Positions 1-9,329 of a DNA stretch of 49,788 bases are shown here, in pieces. Under the pieces are notes generated by a model. The model was not told the DNA's origin. It ran no database searches and saw nothing but the letters and a program-made list of their open reading frames with translations. The DNA lies in assembly GCA_949292885.1 (NCBI GenBank), contig CASFBD010000001.1, forward strand, positions 18,200 through 67,987. The letters are read 5' to 3'. Source of the DNA: an uncultured Bacillota bacterium (GTDB lineage: Bacteria; Bacillota; Clostridia; Christensenellales; Borkfalkiaceae). A program made the translations under genes and the position numbers. Numbering within the stretch: the first letter of the stretch is position 1; each line of letters opens with the position of its first letter.

Positions 1-1322
1 AGCAGATAATCGCGCTCGACACCGAGTTCGGCATAATGCGCGTCTACAAGTTCTGCGATCTTGTTGGTAAAAATGATATAAGCCGCGGCATCGGTGCCGT
101 ATTTTTGTTTCAGAGCCGTGCATTCTTTGCAGCCGCACACATATACGTTGTCTTCCTGCGTGAACGTAATGATAAGTTTGTCGGGATTTGCGTCCAGATA
201 GCTTATGACCATGTCCGCGACAGTTTCCTGCATTGTTTTCAGTTCTTCCGCATCGCCGTGCGCCGTGACGCACAGCTGTCTTGCACGCGACTCGTACCAG
301 AGCGGATGCTCGGCGCCGTATGTTTCATACGGCAGATAGTTCAGCGTATTGTGCCATTCTTCTCCTCCGACCGCAATGAACATCTGGTTCCCCCCGTCGG
401 AACCGAAGGCATATGCGTCGTTGACCGAACCCGTAAAGCCGAGACGATGTATCTCAAAGTCGGGTTTTTCGATGATGTCCATTTCCGGCATCGTAGCGCC
501 GCTTTTCGTATAAAGGACCATGTCCGTACTGTAAATTTCAAACCCGACGACCGCGCTCAAAAATGCGCGCGCCGCGTGTTCATATCCGAATCCGAAACCG
601 GACTGCTCCATGATAAACACATCGTCGCCCAGCGTCTTTATGTAGTACCCGGTATAACCGAGATCTTCCTGCGGCATGGTAAGCCCCGCCGCCGCAAACA
701 GATCTTCGTCGCCGAGGACAATATACTTGCCGCTGTACAGATCGCCCGCCGAAACGGAATCTGCATCCTCTACGCTTATGCGCGCTTCTGTCGCATTGTA
801 AAGATGATTTGCGATAAACGTGGCAGCCTGCTGCGCGCGGGAATCGGAAACCGAAACGATGGAATAATCGGTCTCCCCGTCGGTAACAAAGGGCATATCC
901 GATTCGCGCACGTTGACCTTATGCAGAACGTCTGTAGCGTAATGCGCGTCGTCGTCTATCTGCGAAGTATTCGTATTTCCGCCGCCGTTCCCGTCCGTGG
1001 CGGTATAGACGATGCCGCACACGCGCGTCTCTGCTCCGCCCGCAAAATTTACGAGAATGTCGATCGCACCAAAGGCTTTTACGCCTTCATCGCGAACGCG
1101 GCAAACCTGCGCATAATCCCGCACATCACACTCGATCCCCAAAACCCTGCCCGCATATCTGCCGTTCAGCCGATCGGTTTGCCTGCGCAGGGCTTCGCCG
1201 TCTATATCCGCCATGATCACATTGCCGCCGTATCTGAGAAACTCCTCGCAGATCAGCAAACCCATTCCGGATGCCGCACCCGTCGAAAGAAGCGTCTTTT
1301 CTTTAAACTCATCGCCAAACAT
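1..1322 (-). CDS. Chimeric ORF (3' end outside window): N-terminal ~101 aa of a short-chain dehydrogenase fused in frame to a DUF4838-family protein
   Basis: Hand translation from ATG 1322 (RBS AGAGGAG) is open to base 1. It reads MFGDEFKEKTLLSTGAASGMG...CDVRDY...FGAIDILVNFAGG (SDR motifs), then ...QLCVTAHGD...FTQEDNVYVCGCKEC...KYGT, which matches QLCYTAHGD...FTHQDNNAWCTCDTC...KYGT of the 38347-40221 protein. Confidence 0.85.
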   Translation of the reverse strand, partial: MFGDEFKEKTLLSTGAASGMGLLICEEFLRYGGNVIMADIDGEALRRQTDRLNGRYAGRVLGIECDVRDYAQVCRVRDEGVKAFGAIDILVNFAGGAETRVCGIVYTATDGNGGGNTNTSQIDDDAHYATDVLHKVNVRESDMPFVTDGETDYSIVSVSDSRAQQAATFIANHLYNATEARISVEDADSVSAGDLYSGKYIVLGDEDLFAAAGLTMPQEDLGYTGYYIKTLGDDVFIMEQSGFGFGYEHAARAFLSAVVGFEIYSTDMVLYTKSGATMPEMDIIEKPDFEIHRLGFTGSVNDAYAFGSDGGNQMFIAVGGEEWHNTLNYLPYETYGAEHPLWYESRARQLCVTAHGDAEELKTMQETVADMVISYLDANPDKLIITFTQEDNVYVCGCKECTALKQKYGTDAAAYIIFTNKIAELVDAHYAELGVERDYL

Positions 1323-1353
1323 AAATTTTTTGTCTCCTCTTTTTGGTATTTAA

Positions 1354-1382
1354 ATTGTATCACCCATAAACCGCGTTTACAA
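1354..1382 (-). promoter_or_regulatory. Putative sigmaA promoter of the SDR/DUF4838 gene
   Basis: TTGTAA-N17-TACAAT with TGn extended -10 on the minus strand, ~30 nt upstream of the ATG. Confidence 0.55.
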
Positions 1383-1434
1383 TGCACAAACCGATTCAAT
1401 TTTTGTCATTTTCGATACATTATAAATCTAAATA

Positions 1435-1463
1435 TTGATAATATTTGCAAAAAATGTTACATT
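1435..1463 (+). promoter_or_regulatory. Putative sigmaA promoter of the AraC gene
   Basis: TTGATA-N17-TACATT with TGn extended -10. Confidence 0.5.
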
Positions 1464-1494
1464 AGTGGCAGACGAATCAGATGGAGGCACACAC

Positions 1495-2256
1495 ATGGAT
1501 TTAAATGAAATCGTTGTTTGTGAAATTTGTGAAGCAATCACCATCAAACAACTCAAAAAAAGAAAATATATGATTGAAAACAGGCAAAACTACGGACTTT
1601 CTTTCTGCAAAAGCGGAAAAATTACCTATATACACGAAGGAAAACAGTATATTTCCGATCCCACACACGCAGTTTTTCATCCGCAAGGAGCCACCTACAT
1701 GCTGGTTTGCTGCGAACCGGGAGATTTTCCCATCATCAATTTCCGTTCCTCTTCTGCCCTGCCGTGCGGTTTTCTCCAAATCGAACTCAACGACCCCGCG
1801 AGTGTGTATCTTACTTTATATGAAAAATTGCAGACCCTCTATTTTCAACAAAACCGCAAGGCAATGGGCATGAGCGTCCTTTATGAAATCATCTCGCTGT
1901 TGGCAGATCACCCTGAAAAGCAGGGAAACGCGATCCTGTCCGCTGCAACGCAGCGCATTTACCGCGCCTTTGCCGATGCCGGGCTTTCCGTTGCCGCTCT
2001 TGCGAAAGAGGCACACGTAAGCGAATGTTATCTCCGCAAACTGTTCAAGCAGGAATTTGATCTGACTCCGCGGCAGTTTGTCAACAAAGTACGCATCGAC
2101 CACGCAAAAATTCTGCTCTGCGAAAACCGTTTCAGCGTATCGGAAATCGCCGCGCAATGCGGGTTTTCCAGCGTGTATTATTTCTGCAAAGCATTTCATG
2201 CCGCAACGGGATTTACCGCCGGTCAGTACGCAAAAAACAATTCCCTCAAACTCTGA
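1495..2256 (+). CDS. AraC/XylS-family transcriptional regulator
   Basis: GGAGG RBS before ATG 1495. C-terminal double HTH: LAKEAHVSECYLRKLFK...IAAQCGFSSVYYFCKAF. Confidence 0.93.
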   Translation: MDLNEIVVCEICEAITIKQLKKRKYMIENRQNYGLSFCKSGKITYIHEGKQYISDPTHAVFHPQGATYMLVCCEPGDFPIINFRSSSALPCGFLQIELNDPASVYLTLYEKLQTLYFQQNRKAMGMSVLYEIISLLADHPEKQGNAILSAATQRIYRAFADAGLSVAALAKEAHVSECYLRKLFKQEFDLTPRQFVNKVRIDHAKILLCENRFSVSEIAAQCGFSSVYYFCKAFHAATGFTAGQYAKNNSLKL

Positions 2257-2549
2257 AACGCGTTTTTCCCTCCGCCGCGCCTTTTCCGAACGGAACGAGA
2301 TGTGTCCCGGAATTTTTTCCTCCCCATCGACACAATCGACACAAAATCCCGATGACGTACACGAAAAAGCGCGTCATCTGCCAGATAGCAGATGACGCGC
2401 AAAAGCCGATCGATAAACCTTGTTTGAAAAGTTTGACGACGCAACATTTTTTCATTCAAGACAGAAAATATCCGGTCCCCTCGGTCCGGCACAAAAAAGT
2501 TCGGCACGAGCGATTAAATTGCCTCTTAAAACACTCCTTTCCCCAAAAG

Positions 2550-2580
2550 GCAGGGGCGCGCCGATACGGCGCGCCCCTGC
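2550..2580. terminator. Intrinsic terminator hairpin between convergent AraC and beta-PGM genes
   Basis: Perfect 14-bp inverted repeat GCAGGGGCGCGCCG-ATA-CGGCGCGCCCCTGC, followed by CTTTT on the minus strand. Confidence 0.7.
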
Positions 2581-2712
2581 TGCGCATAATTTGTTGAAAA
2601 ATCACTTTGGAAAAAATACAAAAACCAGCCGGAATTGCACTTGTAAAGATGTGCAAACTCCCTTTGCGTGCCGATCCTGCCGCCCTTTTTTGCCTTTTGC
2701 AAGAAAACTGCT

Positions 2713-3335
2713 TTAAAGAATACTCAACAGATCGGAAAACGTTTTGAGATTGAAATCGGCGCGTGCGTAACCGCAGGCAGCACCGATCGCCGCCGTGTAA
2801 AAACCGCCGTCCGCACCGGCATCTATGCCTGCCGTTGCATCTTCCACCACAACGCACTCTTCAGGCTTGAGCCCGATAAACTGCGCAGCTTTTAAAAACA
2901 CTTCCGGATCGGGCTTGGATCGGGTTATATTGTTTCCGTCCGATACGGCATCGAAATAACAGCGCGCACCCGTGCGTTCGAGAATGAGGGGCGTATTCTT
3001 GCTTGACGAACCGATGGCGAGCTTGTATCCCCTCTCGCGCAGAACCGAGAGAGTTGTCCTTACTTCGTCGGATACGTCCGAATATCCCATGCCTTCAAGC
3101 AGTTTGCGGTACGTTTGATTCTTGCTTTCCGCAAGCGTTTCTTTCTCCGCCTGCGAATAGTTTACATCGCTTCTTTCAAGAATGATGTCCAGGCTTGCCA
3201 TGCGCGATACGCCGCGCAGCCTGCCGTTGATCTCCCTGTCAAAATAGACACCTATGCGGTCTGCAGCTCGTCCGTGCTGCAAATGACTCCGTCCAGGTCG
3301 AAAATAATTCCTTTGATGTTACGCTTGTCAAACAT
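2713..3335 (-). pseudogene. pgmB: Beta-phosphoglucomutase (HAD superfamily), frameshifted
   Basis: ATG 3335 gives MFDKRNIKGIIFDLDGVICSTDELQTA* (stop 3252-3254). The remainder (ADRIGVYFDREINGRLRGVSRMASL...SSSKN...SKPDPEVF...VVEDA) is in another frame, and the usual HY.AWK.L segment is missing. Confidence 0.85.
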
Positions 3336-4098
3336 TGCGCGCACTCCCTTTATACTCGTCCGTTCTGGGCAGCCACTTTATGAATTTTTCCAGCTGCATA
3401 TCCCAGAACCTCCATTCATGCCTGAATCCTTTTACGCTGTCCCAACAATGATGTATGCCCGATTCGGTCAACCTCGCGTGAAGGCGCAAGCTGTTGTCGT
3501 AAATAAAATCGTCCTCCCCGCAGGAAAGATAAAACTGCGGCAGGTCGGCGCCCTCTTTTATGCGTTTTGCAAGCAGAGAATAGATATCATACTCTTCCGC
3601 GGGACGGATACAACGGGAAGTATCCACCTTTTCGATGGCGCCCGAAAAACATCCGCAGGCGGCGTATTTATCGGGAGCGGAGAGTGCATGAAACACAGCC
3701 CCGTAGCCGCCCATGGACAACCCTGCGATATAAGTATCCTCCCTGCGCGGGGAAATGGGGAAGTATCCGCAGGCGAGCTCGGGCAGTTCTTTGCGAATGA
3801 ACTCCTCCCAATTTTCCCCCTCCCTGTCCGTATAAAACTTATTTTCGGCAGAGAGGCAGCATATGGCGATATTGTTTTCCTCGGCATACAACTCGGGTCT
3901 GGCATAGGCCAGCCAGTTGTCCTTGTCATTACCGACACCGTGCAATAAATAAATAACGGGATACTTTGCACGCGGGGTGAGGGAATACGTTTCCGACGTT
4001 ACCCCTATCGCGTCCGGAAAAGTGGGAGACGGGATGATAAACGTTACGCTTACCATTCTGCCCAGGCATTTTGATGTGTAATTGCACTCGATTCTCAT
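3328..4098 (-). CDS. Alpha/beta-hydrolase esterase (CE1/tributyrin esterase-like)
   Basis: YPVIYLLHG, GLSMGGYG nucleophile elbow, CGEDD and HEWRFW. Confidence 0.9.
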   Translation of the reverse strand: MRIECNYTSKCLGRMVSVTFIIPSPTFPDAIGVTSETYSLTPRAKYPVIYLLHGVGNDKDNWLAYARPELYAEENNIAICCLSAENKFYTDREGENWEEFIRKELPELACGYFPISPRREDTYIAGLSMGGYGAVFHALSAPDKYAACGCFSGAIEKVDTSRCIRPAEEYDIYSLLAKRIKEGADLPQFYLSCGEDDFIYDNSLRLHARLTESGIHHCWDSVKGFRHEWRFWDMQLEKFIKWLPRTDEYKGSARNV

Positions 4099-4140
4099 AT
4101 AAACTCCGGATAAGTCTGATTTTTACGGCAGCCCGACGGT

Positions 4141-5856
4141 TTATCTGTGCGTATCCCACCTGCCGCAGAAAGGATCGACGGGAGATTTCCCCTTGAATTC
4201 GCTTCTTCCGGCAAGTTTTTCAATGAGACAAGGCAAAGTAAACTCGTTGAGTCCGTATGTGTTGATGTATGTGCGCACCATGGGTACATCGAGCAGGTGA
4301 TAAGGATTTTCCGTGGAGATGAACACCGTCGGAACGCTTGTTACATAGCGAGGGACGTTTGAACCCATAGGGTTGAGCCACTCTATGCGGACGGTGGTCT
4401 GATTGGATTTGGTGGCGAGATTGCAGAAGTACAATATGAGGTCATAATTTTTCGCAATTTCGCCGAAAGCCGCCGTTTTCCCCTCGTTTCCGGGTTTAGG
4501 GACAAAGCGCGTCACAAGAAATCCCTCTTTTTCCAGCAGAGGCCGCACCTTTTCAAAGATGCCGGACGCGCGCGCATAGCCGAGAGGATTCTCGCCGCTC
4601 TCTATATCGTAGACAAGCACCCGTTTGTATTTTGCGGGAGTGAGCGGAAGGACACCCTTTTCCGCCTTGACAAGGGTGATCGATTCGTCCGCGACTTTCC
4701 GTGCATAACCGCGAAACCGCTCGCAGCCGAGAACCGCTTCCGCCCCGCTCAACGAGGGACGGTTGTCCTTTTTATGCAATCCCAGCGAGGCTTTCAGAGC
4801 GAGTATGCGGGCAACGGCTTCGTCGAGGCGTTCTTTCGTGATGATGCCCTCTTTTACCCCCCTCTCCATGAAAGCATAGTCCTCGTCCAGGTTTTTTGTG
4901 AACAGGAACATATCGCAGCCTGCCGCGACGGCGGCGGGAACGGCTCTGTCTCGCGGCATGGCGGCGTCGAAGCCCGCCATCGTGGTGGCGTCTGTGATGA
5001 TCAGCCCCTCAAAGCCGAGTTTTTTTCTGAGCAGGCCGCAAAGCAGCTCCTTCGAGAGGGAGGCAGGCAATATCTCGTCGTCTTTCAATGCCGGATTCAA
5101 TGCCTTGGAATAAGCGGGCTGCATGATGTGTCCCACCATGAACGTTTTTGCGCCCTCGGCAATCAGGCGGCTGTAAATTGCACCGTATGTCTTGTCCCAC
5201 TCCTCGCAGGACATGTCGTTTACCGTAGTGCAGAGATGCTGGTCGCGTTCGTCGCGGCCGTCGCCGGGGAAGTGCTTTACCGAAACAGCCATTCCGCGGC
5301 TCTGACATTCTTTCATGTAACGGGACGCACATTCGGCAACGGTCGCGGGATCGGCACCGTACGTGCGCGTATTCGTTATGGGATTGCGGAAGTTGTAGTC
5401 TATATCGCAGACAGGGGCAAAAGCATAATTTGCGCCGACCGCCTTGCCCTCCTCCGCACATACCTCGCCGAGCCGTGCGGCATTTTCGGGGTCACCCGTC
5501 GCAGCGACGGACATCTGCGATCCGACAAGCGTCCCTTCGGCAGCGATCCCGTTGCCGCCCGCCTCCAGATTGGCGGCAACCAACAAGGGCAGAGCGCTTT
5601 TTTCCTGCATTTCGCCGACGGCCGCCACGAGCTCTTTTGCAGGCATACAACGGCACATCACGCCGCCCGCCTGTACCTTGCGGACGATGTTTTCCGTCTG
5701 CGTCCGATCGTTGCCGTACGCGATCAGAAAAAACAGTTGTCCGATCTTTTGTTCTTGCGTCAGGGAGGACAAAGTGTCCTCCACCCAGGCGATGTCGTCC
5801 TCGTTTAGATAAAAAGGGTTACCCCTGAACTTACTTAACAGCATATTACCACACAT
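4141..5856 (-). CDS. GH3 beta-glycosidase / probable beta-glycoside phosphorylase (Nag3/BglP-like); start uncertain (5844/5856/5871)
   Basis: LTQEQKIGQL, APVCD, NTRTYG, KHFPGDGRDERDQH, GLIITDA (nucleophile Asp), plus a GH3 C-terminal domain. Confidence 0.9.
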   Translation of the reverse strand: MCGNMLLSKFRGNPFYLNEDDIAWVEDTLSSLTQEQKIGQLFFLIAYGNDRTQTENIVRKVQAGGVMCRCMPAKELVAAVGEMQEKSALPLLVAANLEAGGNGIAAEGTLVGSQMSVAATGDPENAARLGEVCAEEGKAVGANYAFAPVCDIDYNFRNPITNTRTYGADPATVAECASRYMKECQSRGMAVSVKHFPGDGRDERDQHLCTTVNDMSCEEWDKTYGAIYSRLIAEGAKTFMVGHIMQPAYSKALNPALKDDEILPASLSKELLCGLLRKKLGFEGLIITDATTMAGFDAAMPRDRAVPAAVAAGCDMFLFTKNLDEDYAFMERGVKEGIITKERLDEAVARILALKASLGLHKKDNRPSLSGAEAVLGCERFRGYARKVADESITLVKAEKGVLPLTPAKYKRVLVYDIESGENPLGYARASGIFEKVRPLLEKEGFLVTRFVPKPGNEGKTAAFGEIAKNYDLILYFCNLATKSNQTTVRIEWLNPMGSNVPRYVTSVPTVFISTENPYHLLDVPMVRTYINTYGLNEFTLPCLIEKLAGRSEFKGKSPVDPFCGRWDTHR

Positions 5857-5925
5857 AACCTTTTTTTTCAATACGATCCGTAAATTTTATTACATTTTCA
5901 GAAACAAGCGTACGGAAATACTCCT

Positions 5926-6933
5926 TCACGCTTTCTGCAAAGCCCTGCGCGAAAACAGATTTTTCAGCGCGCGCGACATGGACGCCTGGTTTGCCGTGTA
6001 TGCCATGATAAGCACAATGACAACGCCCGTCACGACCGTCTGCAAGGACGAATCTATGCCGGAACAGACCATGCCGTAGGTCATCGTCTGCATTCCCAAC
6101 GCGCCGATCCAGACGCCCCAGGACATACAGGTAAAATCCGCAAGGAAAAGTCCGACAAGCACCGCACCCATAGACGAATACATAATGGAAGCGGATCCGA
6201 GGTTGGATACGGGAGTGACGTTTGCCTGGCAGGCATTGAACACCGCAGCAATGCCCAGCAACACACCCACTACGATATACGTCAGAAAAATGTTCTTTTT
6301 CTCATTGACGCCCGAGTTGATGGAAAGGGCGGCGTTTTTACCCAAAGATTTGCAGTCCGCGCCGAACTTGGTGCGTTCGAGGAGAATGTACATCATCACG
6401 AGCAAAACGGCGAGAATGATGTAGCACCAAGGAGCCTGCGTTACGACAATGATACTGTCGTAACGGTTGAGCTGAACGCCCAGCCCGTCAAAGAGGATGG
6501 ACGTGAAGGATTCGTAGATCATGACAATGCCGAGAGACACGATCATGTTGGGTACACGGAGAAAAATATATGCAACCGCCTCGATCATGGCGAGAACGAC
6601 AGCCGAAGCCACACAGCAGAGAATGATGACCGCCGCATTAGAAGAGATGGCAAGCCCGATGTTGCCGCCTATGATCCCGCCGAGCACGACGATGGTGCCG
6701 GTTGCAAAGTCCCAGCGTCCGCCCGACAAGGGAAGGGCGATCGCCATGGCGACGATCGTGGGCATTACGCTCTGACGGAAAATATATTCAAAGCCGCTTG
6801 CAGATGTAAATGAGGATACACTCCCGCCTGCCGCAGATATGATCAGAAAGAGCAGCCACATGGCCACGGGGAATATCAAAGTTTTAAGATAGTTAAGCGC
6901 CGTTTTGCCGGCCTTACTTGTATTGATTATCAT
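5926..6933 (-). CDS. Sugar ABC transporter permease (CUT2/RbsC-like)
   Basis: Multi-TM protein with GRWDFATG and RTKFG...LGKN...SGVN motifs. Confidence 0.9.
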   Translation of the reverse strand: MIINTSKAGKTALNYLKTLIFPVAMWLLFLIISAAGGSVSSFTSASGFEYIFRQSVMPTIVAMAIALPLSGGRWDFATGTIVVLGGIIGGNIGLAISSNAAVIILCCVASAVVLAMIEAVAYIFLRVPNMIVSLGIVMIYESFTSILFDGLGVQLNRYDSIIVVTQAPWCYIILAVLLVMMYILLERTKFGADCKSLGKNAALSINSGVNEKKNIFLTYIVVGVLLGIAAVFNACQANVTPVSNLGSASIMYSSMGAVLVGLFLADFTCMSWGVWIGALGMQTMTYGMVCSGIDSSLQTVVTGVVIVLIMAYTANQASMSRALKNLFSRRALQKA

Positions 6934-6996
6934 AATTTTGCCCCTTGAACCGCCTTACTTCCGGTAAACGCGGACGATTGCACTTGCACTTTTTTA

Positions 6997-7028
6997 TTGC
7001 GGCGCAGCCGTGTACGGCTGCGCCGCAA
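6997..7028. other. Intra-operon stem-loop downstream of the substrate-binding protein gene
   Basis: 15-bp perfect inverted repeat TTGCGGCGCAGCCGT-GT-ACGGCTGCGCCGCAA. No U-tract on the transcribed (minus) strand. Confidence 0.7.
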
Positions 7029-7040
7029 ACTTTTTATAAA

Positions 7041-8240
7041 TCAGTTTGCACGAAGAGCCGTGATGTCGGACAGAGAACGGGTGGTGAGTTCGGTAAGATC
7101 CGCCCAGGTTGCATTTTCATTGAAAGAAAGCATACACTGTTTGAGCTCGTCCGCCGTGATGGGGCCGTTCGCCTTATCGCCGATCACATAAGCCTTATAA
7201 TCTTTGACGTCCTGCACGTCGGTCAAAATGACGTAGTCTGCCGCGCCGTCCGATCCGCCGTAGAGATAGTTTTCGTCGCCGATGGCAACTCTGTCGGAGT
7301 ACCAGGCGCTTCCTTCGGACGCCATTGCGTCGTACGCCCTTGCAAACAGGCTTGCCATACATTCCACATGGTTGTTGTTGCCCGCAGCAAGCAGAGTTCC
7401 GTCTGCCAGGTAACCTTCTACGTCTTCGGTATAGCCGAGAGAGATCATTTTCACATTGCCGTGTCCGTTGCTGCGCAGAGCGGGAAGGACGTAGTCCATG
7501 CCCGAACCCATGCCGACGACTACCTCGATGTCGGGATAATCGGAGAACATCTGAACGACCGTAGCATTGCAGGCATCGGAAGTGAACATAAAGTAATAGT
7601 AATCGCCCTTATATCCGAAAGGAATGAGCATCTCTTCCTGATTGGCATCGCAGATCACTTTACCTTCGTCAAGGCCGTCCACCATAGCGTTCCAGAGAGT
7701 GTTGCCGTCTATGAACGCGAAAGGAGGGAAAGAAATGCCTGCAATTTTCGTATATTCTGTATTGTTGAGAACTTCGGCAAACTGCTCACCTGCGATAGAG
7801 GGATCTCCGGAGAACTGTTTTACGCCGCCGAGGAAATATTTGCTTTCCAAAGCCGTTTCGGAGATGCTGGAAGTGGCCGTATCGGCAAGGAGCAGACCAT
7901 AGTAAACGCCCGCGCTTTCGCACATTTCCACGCATTTATCAATGGCGGTGTTGTAACCGCTGAACACGGCGTTGCAGCCCTGGTTGATGCAGGATTCAAG
8001 CCCTTGGATATGCGAATCGTCGTCCTGCCCTACCGATACATAAGTGAAAGATACGTCGAAGTTCTCTTCGAGGTACTCCGCATACGACTGGATCTGCTGT
8101 CCCTGCACGTCCGTAAAGTTATAGAGCAGGATCCCGATTTTGTACTGGGCGCTGTTGCCGCATCCGACCATCGCGCCGACGCCGACGAGCATTGCTCCGA
8201 CCAAAACAAACACACATAACTTTGACAAAAACTTTTTCAT
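7041..8240 (-). CDS. Sugar ABC transporter substrate-binding lipoprotein (periplasmic binding fold type I)
   Basis: GGAGGA RBS before ATG 8240, lipobox MVGC, KIGILLY start of an RbsB-like fold, located between ABC permeases. Confidence 0.85.
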   Translation of the reverse strand: MKKFLSKLCVFVLVGAMLVGVGAMVGCGNSAQYKIGILLYNFTDVQGQQIQSYAEYLEENFDVSFTYVSVGQDDDSHIQGLESCINQGCNAVFSGYNTAIDKCVEMCESAGVYYGLLLADTATSSISETALESKYFLGGVKQFSGDPSIAGEQFAEVLNNTEYTKIAGISFPPFAFIDGNTLWNAMVDGLDEGKVICDANQEEMLIPFGYKGDYYYFMFTSDACNATVVQMFSDYPDIEVVVGMGSGMDYVLPALRSNGHGNVKMISLGYTEDVEGYLADGTLLAAGNNNHVECMASLFARAYDAMASEGSAWYSDRVAIGDENYLYGGSDGAADYVILTDVQDVKDYKAYVIGDKANGPITADELKQCMLSFNENATWADLTELTTRSLSDITALRAN

Positions 8241-8309
8241 CTGATTTTTTTCCTCCAAAAATTACTTGTTTACGGGGAACAGCTGTCTGCCTCTCCCCTC
8301 TTTTCAAAA

Positions 8310-9317
8310 CTATCTGGGAAGCGCCTTCACCGTGCTCTGCCTTCTCAATGTAAAGCCGACCATGACGAGGAAAACGACGCCTTTTACGAGAGAAACGTAC
8401 ATATCCGGCATACCCAGCTGCGAAAGCCCGTTTGTCAGAAGCACATACGTGACAGAACCGACGATCGCCGCACTCATGCGCGTTTTGCTGCCGCCCGAAA
8501 GGAGCATTCCTCCCAAAATGAGGGAGATCATGACATCCATCTCCCTGCCGGAACCGAAATTCTGCGTGACCGAACCCGTGCGGGCGAGATAGAACATTGT
8601 GGAGACAGCCACCGCAAACCCCGCGATCGCATAGCAGATATACTTTAGGGCATTTACGTTTGCGCCCGACTGCTGTGCGGAAAGAGGATTGTCGCCGATC
8701 GCCCTGGAATATTTTCCTACGCGCGTATAAGTGAATACGAACCAGCCCGCCACGGCTATGACAATCATGACCAGAAGCATAAACCACGTCTGGCTGAACA
8801 GTTTGAGTGCCGCACTGTTCTCCAGTTTATAACTGCCCAGCGTCTGAGAAACGAAGTAAGTTACCAATCCGCGCGCCGTGAACATGATGGCAAGCGAAGC
8901 AATGGTACTTAAAATACGGAACTTGACGGACATCACGATGCTGCCCACATACAATACTTCGCACACGAGTATGTTGAGAAGAATGGCAACGATTATCCCG
9001 CCTGCCGTTCCGCCCATGGCGTTGATCACCTCGATGGACATGAGCGCGCAGATGGCGATGACAGCGCCTTCGGCGACGTCGATGTTGCCGTGAGAGAATA
9101 CGAACAGCATTCCCACGCACATGATCATGAGCGGAGTGAGCTGGCTGATGATCGAATTGATGCTGTACTTTGAAAACAGCCTGCCGCCGGTAGCTATTGA
9201 AAAGACGAGAACTACGAGCACCAGAAGCCCATAGCGTATGAACATATTTTTATTGCTCTTGACAAATGCTCCGGCCTTTAACAATCCGGTTTTATTATCT
9301 TTTTTTATGTTTTCCAT
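8310..9317 (-). CDS. Sugar ABC transporter permease (CUT2/RbsC-like)
   Basis: Multi-TM protein with GNIDVAEG and YTRVGKYSRAIGDNPLSAQQSG motifs. Confidence 0.92.
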   Translation of the reverse strand: MENIKKDNKTGLLKAGAFVKSNKNMFIRYGLLVLVVLVFSIATGGRLFSKYSINSIISQLTPLMIMCVGMLFVFSHGNIDVAEGAVIAICALMSIEVINAMGGTAGGIIVAILLNILVCEVLYVGSIVMSVKFRILSTIASLAIMFTARGLVTYFVSQTLGSYKLENSAALKLFSQTWFMLLVMIVIAVAGWFVFTYTRVGKYSRAIGDNPLSAQQSGANVNALKYICYAIAGFAVAVSTMFYLARTGSVTQNFGSGREMDVMISLILGGMLLSGGSKTRMSAAIVGSVTYVLLTNGLSQLGMPDMYVSLVKGVVFLVMVGFTLRRQSTVKALPR

Positions 9318-9329
9318 GTTCTTCCGCCC

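Noticed and set aside
36-1508. 490-aa plus-strand ORF
   Set aside because: Antisense shadow of the real minus-strand SDR/DUF4838 frame. It has no motifs and runs through the promoter region.
2713-3282. 189-aa ORF as an intact HAD enzyme
   Set aside because: It lacks the catalytic DxD motif, which is in another frame. Treated as part of a pseudogene.
6945-8219. Other long opposite-strand ORFs (e.g. 6945-8219, 22018-23229, 36843-38042, 40490-42004)
   Set aside because: All are antisense shadows of well-supported genes.
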